Source of the DNA: Longimicrobiales bacterium
Lineage (GTDB): Bacteria; Gemmatimonadota; Gemmatimonadetes; Longimicrobiales; RSA9
Length of the DNA: 64,000 nt
Direction of reading: 5' to 3'
Assembly (NCBI GenBank): GCA_036374995.1
Contig: DASUSS010000077.1
Coordinates: forward strand, 2,352-66,351
The position numbers and the translations under genes were made by a program. The notes under the pieces were generated by a model. The model was not told the origin of the DNA. It did not search any database and saw only the letters and a program-made list of their open reading frames with translations. Shown piece after piece: positions 59,124 to 64,000 of the stretch. How positions within the stretch are numbered: position 1 is the first letter of the stretch; the number at the start of each line of letters is the position of its first letter.

Positions 59124-61873
59124 CGACGCTGCGGCGGCCCGGCCGGCTCGTCGCCGCCGTCGTCATCGGCCTGCTGCTGGTGGCGGTTTTCGGCAGGTCG
59201 GCGGCGGTGTTCTACACGGACGTGCTCTGGTACCAGGCGCTCGGGTACAGCGGCGTCTTCTGGACGCGTACGCTGACGATCGTCGCGGTCCGCCTGGTCA
59301 CCGGCGCGTTCGGTGCAGCGCTCATCCTGGTGAATGTCTGGTACGTGCTGCGCCAGCTCGGGCCCGTGCATCTGCGCCGGCGGTACGGCAACATCGAGAT
59401 CGCGGAGCAGGTGCCGCGGGCCTACCTCGTCTCCGGAGCCCTCGCCGTTGCCGTGCTGGCCGGCTGGTGGCTCTCGAGCCTGCAGTTCGGCGGCAACGCA
59501 GCAGTGGCGCTGCTCGCCTGGCTCCGCGCGGACTCGTGGGGCGCTGCCGATCCGCTGTTCGGACACGACCTCTCGTTCTACGTCTTCGCACTGCCGGTCT
59601 ATTTCAGGCTGCTCGACTTCCTGCTCATCGTGCTGATCTGGTCGCTGCTGCTCGTCGGCATCGGCTACGCGCTCGTCGGCGCGGTGCGGCTCCGGAACAC
59701 GCGCGTCGAGATCGACGATCGGCCGCGCGTCCATTTCGCGATGCTGGTCGCCGGCATGTTCATCGTGTTCGGCGCGCGCTACCTGCTCGGCCGGTACGAG
59801 CTGCTGCTGGAGGGCAACGGCTTCGGGGGCGTCATCGGTTATACGGATGTGCATGCGCGCCTGCCGGCACGGCTGCTGGTCGGGGTCCTCGCGTTCGTCA
59901 CGGCCGGCGCGCTCTTCCACGGCGCGCTCCGTCGCACCTGGGCCCCGCCCGCCGTCGCCCTCGCCGTGCTGCTCCTCGCCGGGCTCGGCATGGGCGCCGT
60001 GTATCCGGAGTTCATGCAGAAGATCCAGGTGGAGCCGAACCAGCTCGCGCGCGAGGCAGAGTACATCCGCTGGAACATCGATTTCACGCGCCGTGCCTAC
60101 GGCCTCGCCGAGATGCAGCGGCGCAGCTTTCCGTTCCGGCGCGCGAGTCCGGAGGCCTGGGCGGCGCAGATGCCCGCGCTCAACGAGCTCCCGCTCTGGG
60201 ACCTGCCGCAGCTCCAGACGGTGTTCACGGAGATCCAGGGCCGCCGCGACTACTACCGCTTCCCGGACCTCGACTACGACCGGTATGAATCGGCAACGGG
60301 AGCGCGCGAGGTCGCGATCGGTGTGCGCGAGTTCAGGGCGGAGGGCGTGCCGGAGAACTCACGGACGTGGCAGACGCTGCACCTCAATCCGGCCTTCACG
60401 CGCGGCATTGGCGCCGTGGTGGTTCCGACGGCCGAGAAGCTGGACAACAATCCGGTATACTGGCTGAGCGATGTGCAGCCGGTTCAACGCCACCCGGCCG
60501 CGCCGCTGTCGCTCGAGCTCGACGAGCCGAGCGTCTTCTTCGGCGAGACGATGTCCGATTACGTCATCGTCGGGCATCAGGGGCGCTTCACCTCGATCGT
60601 GGACGACACCGTGGGCGCGCGCCTGCCCGTGCCGCATGTCGGGACCGGCGTGCCGCTGTCCTCGTTCCTCAGGGTGGTCGCGTTCGCGCTCCGTTTCGGC
60701 GAGCAGAACCTGCTGTTCGCCCGCGAGCTCGGCGACACCAGCCGGCTGCTGTTCCGCCGCCCCGTCGTCGAGCGCGCGGCCGCACTCGCGCCGTTCCTGT
60801 TCTGGGATACCGACGCGCTGCCGGTCGTCGCGAATGGCCGGATCGTGTGGATGCTCGACGGCTACACCGCCTCCTCGAACTTTCCGCTCGCGCGCGCCGA
60901 CACGCTCGAGCAGACCGTACTGCGCTATCTGCGCGCGGGCGTGAAGGCCACGGTCGACGCCGTGAGCGGGGAAGTACGCATGTACGCGATCGGCGCGGGC
61001 GATCCCATCCTGCGCACGTACCAGCGCATCTTTCCGGGCCTGATCCGCAGTCAGGACGAGATGCCGCCGATTCTGCGCCGCCACCTCCGCTATCCGACAC
61101 TGCTGTTCCGCGTCCAGGTCGATGTGCTGGAGGAGTATCACCTCGAGCGTCCCGAAACGTTCTTCGCCGGACAGGACGTGTGGCAGCTGCCCGGCGACCT
61201 CTCGACGCAGCCGGTACCGCGGCGCGGCCACGCATTCATGATGGCGCGCCTGCCCGCCGAGTCACAGCCGGAACTGCTGCTGGTCAGTCCGTTCATCGCA
61301 CGCGAACGGCAGAACCTGACCGGCATGCTCATCGCCCGCAGCGACTCCGTGCATTACGGCGAGCTCGTCCTGCTCGAGATGCCGCGTGACGACCAGATCC
61401 GCGGGCCGTCGCAGATCACGTCCATCATCGAAGCCGATCCGTTCATCTCACAGCAGCTCTCGCTGTGGGAGCAAGCCGGCCGGGTGGTACAGCGCGGCTA
61501 TCTGCGCATGGTACCTACGGACAGCTCCATCCTCTACATCCAGCCGCTCTTCCTGTCCGCGCAGGACCGCGGCATCCCGCAGCTCCAGCGCGTCATCGTC
61601 ACCGATGGCACAGCCGTGGCCATGGCCACCGATCTGTCCGCTGCCATCGCGGAGCTGCTCGGCGAGACCACGCTGCTCGAGGATGTCGCTCCGCCCGATG
61701 CCCCGATCACGCCGCCGTCGCCGGACCTGTCCGAGTGGCGACTCCGTGCACTCGAGCTGATGCGGGAAGCCGATGCGCGCCTGCGCGCCGGCGATTTCGC
61801 GGGGTTCGGCGCGACGTGGAATCGGCTGCGCGCGCTGCTGGAACAGCAGTCATCGGGCGAGGTTCCACGCTGA
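59093..61873 (+). CDS. UPF0182 family large membrane protein
   Basis: N-terminal multi-TM region with FYTDVLWYQALGYSGVFWTR, and a large soluble C-terminal part typical of UPF0182 as I recall it. Start uncertain: GTG at 59093, CTG at 59120, or the track ATG at 58991 that overlaps manB. Confidence 0.75.
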   Translation: MAERTGRRRLTTLRRPGRLVAAVVIGLLLVAVFGRSAAVFYTDVLWYQALGYSGVFWTRTLTIVAVRLVTGAFGAALILVNVWYVLRQLGPVHLRRRYGNIEIAEQVPRAYLVSGALAVAVLAGWWLSSLQFGGNAAVALLAWLRADSWGAADPLFGHDLSFYVFALPVYFRLLDFLLIVLIWSLLLVGIGYALVGAVRLRNTRVEIDDRPRVHFAMLVAGMFIVFGARYLLGRYELLLEGNGFGGVIGYTDVHARLPARLLVGVLAFVTAGALFHGALRRTWAPPAVALAVLLLAGLGMGAVYPEFMQKIQVEPNQLAREAEYIRWNIDFTRRAYGLAEMQRRSFPFRRASPEAWAAQMPALNELPLWDLPQLQTVFTEIQGRRDYYRFPDLDYDRYESATGAREVAIGVREFRAEGVPENSRTWQTLHLNPAFTRGIGAVVVPTAEKLDNNPVYWLSDVQPVQRHPAAPLSLELDEPSVFFGETMSDYVIVGHQGRFTSIVDDTVGARLPVPHVGTGVPLSSFLRVVAFALRFGEQNLLFARELGDTSRLLFRRPVVERAAALAPFLFWDTDALPVVANGRIVWMLDGYTASSNFPLARADTLEQTVLRYLRAGVKATVDAVSGEVRMYAIGAGDPILRTYQRIFPGLIRSQDEMPPILRRHLRYPTLLFRVQVDVLEEYHLERPETFFAGQDVWQLPGDLSTQPVPRRGHAFMMARLPAESQPELLLVSPFIARERQNLTGMLIARSDSVHYGELVLLEMPRDDQIRGPSQITSIIEADPFISQQLSLWEQAGRVVQRGYLRMVPTDSSILYIQPLFLSAQDRGIPQLQRVIVTDGTAVAMATDLSAAIAELLGETTLLEDVAPPDAPITPPSPDLSEWRLRALELMREADARLRAGDFAGFGATWNRLRALLEQQSSGEVPR

Positions 61874-61906
61874 CGCGTTCGCTTGCCCGCCATCCGGAGC
61901 ATCCTT

Positions 61907-62872
61907 ATGATTCCGCCCTCTCCCGCCCCGGCCCGCGACGATCGCACGATCGTGGTGGCGCTCGGTGGGAACGCGCTCCAGCCGGAAGGCGAGCGCGGTG
62001 ACATACACGAGCAGTTCCGGCACACGCGCGAGAGTCTCGGCGCGATCGTCGAGCTCGCGGGGCGCGGCTGGCGCATTGCGATCGTGCACGGCAACGGACC
62101 GCAGATCGGCGACGAGCTGCTGCGCACGGAGCTCGCCCGCTCCGAGCTGCCGTCGCTGCCGCTCGGCGTGCTGGTCGCGGCGACGGCCGGATGGATCGGC
62201 TACATGATCCAGCAGTCGCTCCAGAACGCGCTGGAGCGCGCCGACGTCCGGCGGTCGGTGGTGACGCTGATCACGCAGGTGCTCGTCGACCCCGACCAGG
62301 CGCGGGCCGAGCCGACGAAGCCGATCGGCCGGCCGATGGACGAGCGGCGAGCGCAGCTGCTCGCGCGGGAGGAGGGCTGGGTGGTCGGTCCGGCGGGCGA
62401 CCGCTGGCGCCGGCTCGTGCCGTCGCCCGTTCCGCTCGGCATCGTCGAGGCCGCGGACATCCGCAGTCTCGTCGAGAAGGACGTGATCGTGATTGCCGCC
62501 GGCGGCGGCGGCACGCCGGTCTACCGCGATCGGGTGTTGCGACTCGAGGGTGTCGACGCGGTAATCGACAAGGACCGTGCGGCGGAGGTGCTCGCTGCCG
62601 AGATCGGCGCGGCCGTGCTGCTGATCCTGACGAACGTCGATGGCGTGTATCGCGCCTTCGGCACGCCGCAGGCCGAGCTGATCCGCGAGCTGCCCGCCAA
62701 TGACGCGGCGCGCATGCTCGAAGCCGGCGAGTTCGGCGCGGGCAGCATGGGACCGAAGGTGGAGGCGGCTCTCGCCTTTCTCCGGCGCGGCGGCACGCGT
62801 GCCGTCATTGGACGGCTGGACCAGGGATTGCGCGCAGTACAGGGCGAGGCGGGCACGAGGATCGTGCCCTGA
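61907..62872 (+). CDS. arcC: carbamate kinase
   Basis: [39 protein letters not shown] at 61907 with GGAG upstream. Confidence 0.9.
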   Translation: MIPPSPAPARDDRTIVVALGGNALQPEGERGDIHEQFRHTRESLGAIVELAGRGWRIAIVHGNGPQIGDELLRTELARSELPSLPLGVLVAATAGWIGYMIQQSLQNALERADVRRSVVTLITQVLVDPDQARAEPTKPIGRPMDERRAQLLAREEGWVVGPAGDRWRRLVPSPVPLGIVEAADIRSLVEKDVIVIAAGGGGTPVYRDRVLRLEGVDAVIDKDRAAEVLAAEIGAAVLLILTNVDGVYRAFGTPQAELIRELPANDAARMLEAGEFGAGSMGPKVEAALAFLRRGGTRAVIGRLDQGLRAVQGEAGTRIVP

Positions 62873-62878
62873 AATCAT

Positions 62879-62914
62879 TCGGCCGGGTCGGCGACCCGGC
62901 CGAGATCGTGTTTA
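62879..62914 (+). terminator. probable terminator after arcC
   Basis: TCGGCCGGGT, loop CGGCG, ACCCGGCCGA (10 bp), then GATCGTGTTTA (weak T-tract). Confidence 0.45.
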
Positions 62915-62931
62915 CGGGATTCGAGAGCGAG

Positions 62932-64000
<1,069 letters not shown>

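Overview
Very GC-rich bacterial chromosomal segment (GC judged by eye, not computed; gene content and style suggest a Gemmatimonadota-like organism, which I cannot verify). It is dense with housekeeping operons and I found no rRNA, tRNA, CRISPR array, transposase, integrase or recognisable defence genes.

Gene order, left to right:
- aroF, chorismate mutase, tyrA
- secreted proteins and lipoproteins, then gltA, pepA and a plug-domain outer-membrane protein
- yicC, gmk, rpoZ, coaBC, UDG, dnaB
- an inserted GxxExxY gene, then radA, ispD, tsaC, an LMW phosphatase, aroE, comF
- gap, a small zinc-ribbon gene, a hydrolase, pgk, tpiA, secG
- 2-oxoacid dehydrogenase E1alpha/E1beta/E2 and lipB
- rnhA (minus strand), carA, sppA, an IHF/HU-like gene
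- ECF sigma, anti-sigma and a periplasmic LTXXQ protein
- moaD, moaE, moaA, then mdh and sdhCAB, dcd (minus strand)
- a complete 14-gene nuoA-N operon
- manB/pgm, UPF0182, arcC and sucC (partial, runs off the window end)

The many long Arg/Ala/Pro-rich ORFs on other frames and strands are high-GC artefacts.

Nothing here looks like a large novel multi-gene system. The most interesting signals are small and regulatory:
1. A 27-codon leader ORF with three consecutive Tyr codons, alternative antiterminator/terminator pairings and an intrinsic terminator directly upstream of aroF-CM-tyrA. This looks like a tyrosine-codon attenuator.
2. A lower-GC GxxExxY (PD-(D/E)XK-like) gene bracketed by about 32-bp imperfect inverted repeats built from tandem CAC[A/G]G[A/C]GG octamers, inserted between dnaB and radA. 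A cargo-less inverted pair of the related octamer CACGGAGC sits between sdhA and sdhB.
3. A Rex-type operator (TCGTGAA-N4-TTCACAA) between a TTGACA-type promoter and nuoA.
4. Two orphan small genes with their own signals: a zinc-ribbon protein and a basic 68-aa protein preceded by a terminator-like hairpin.
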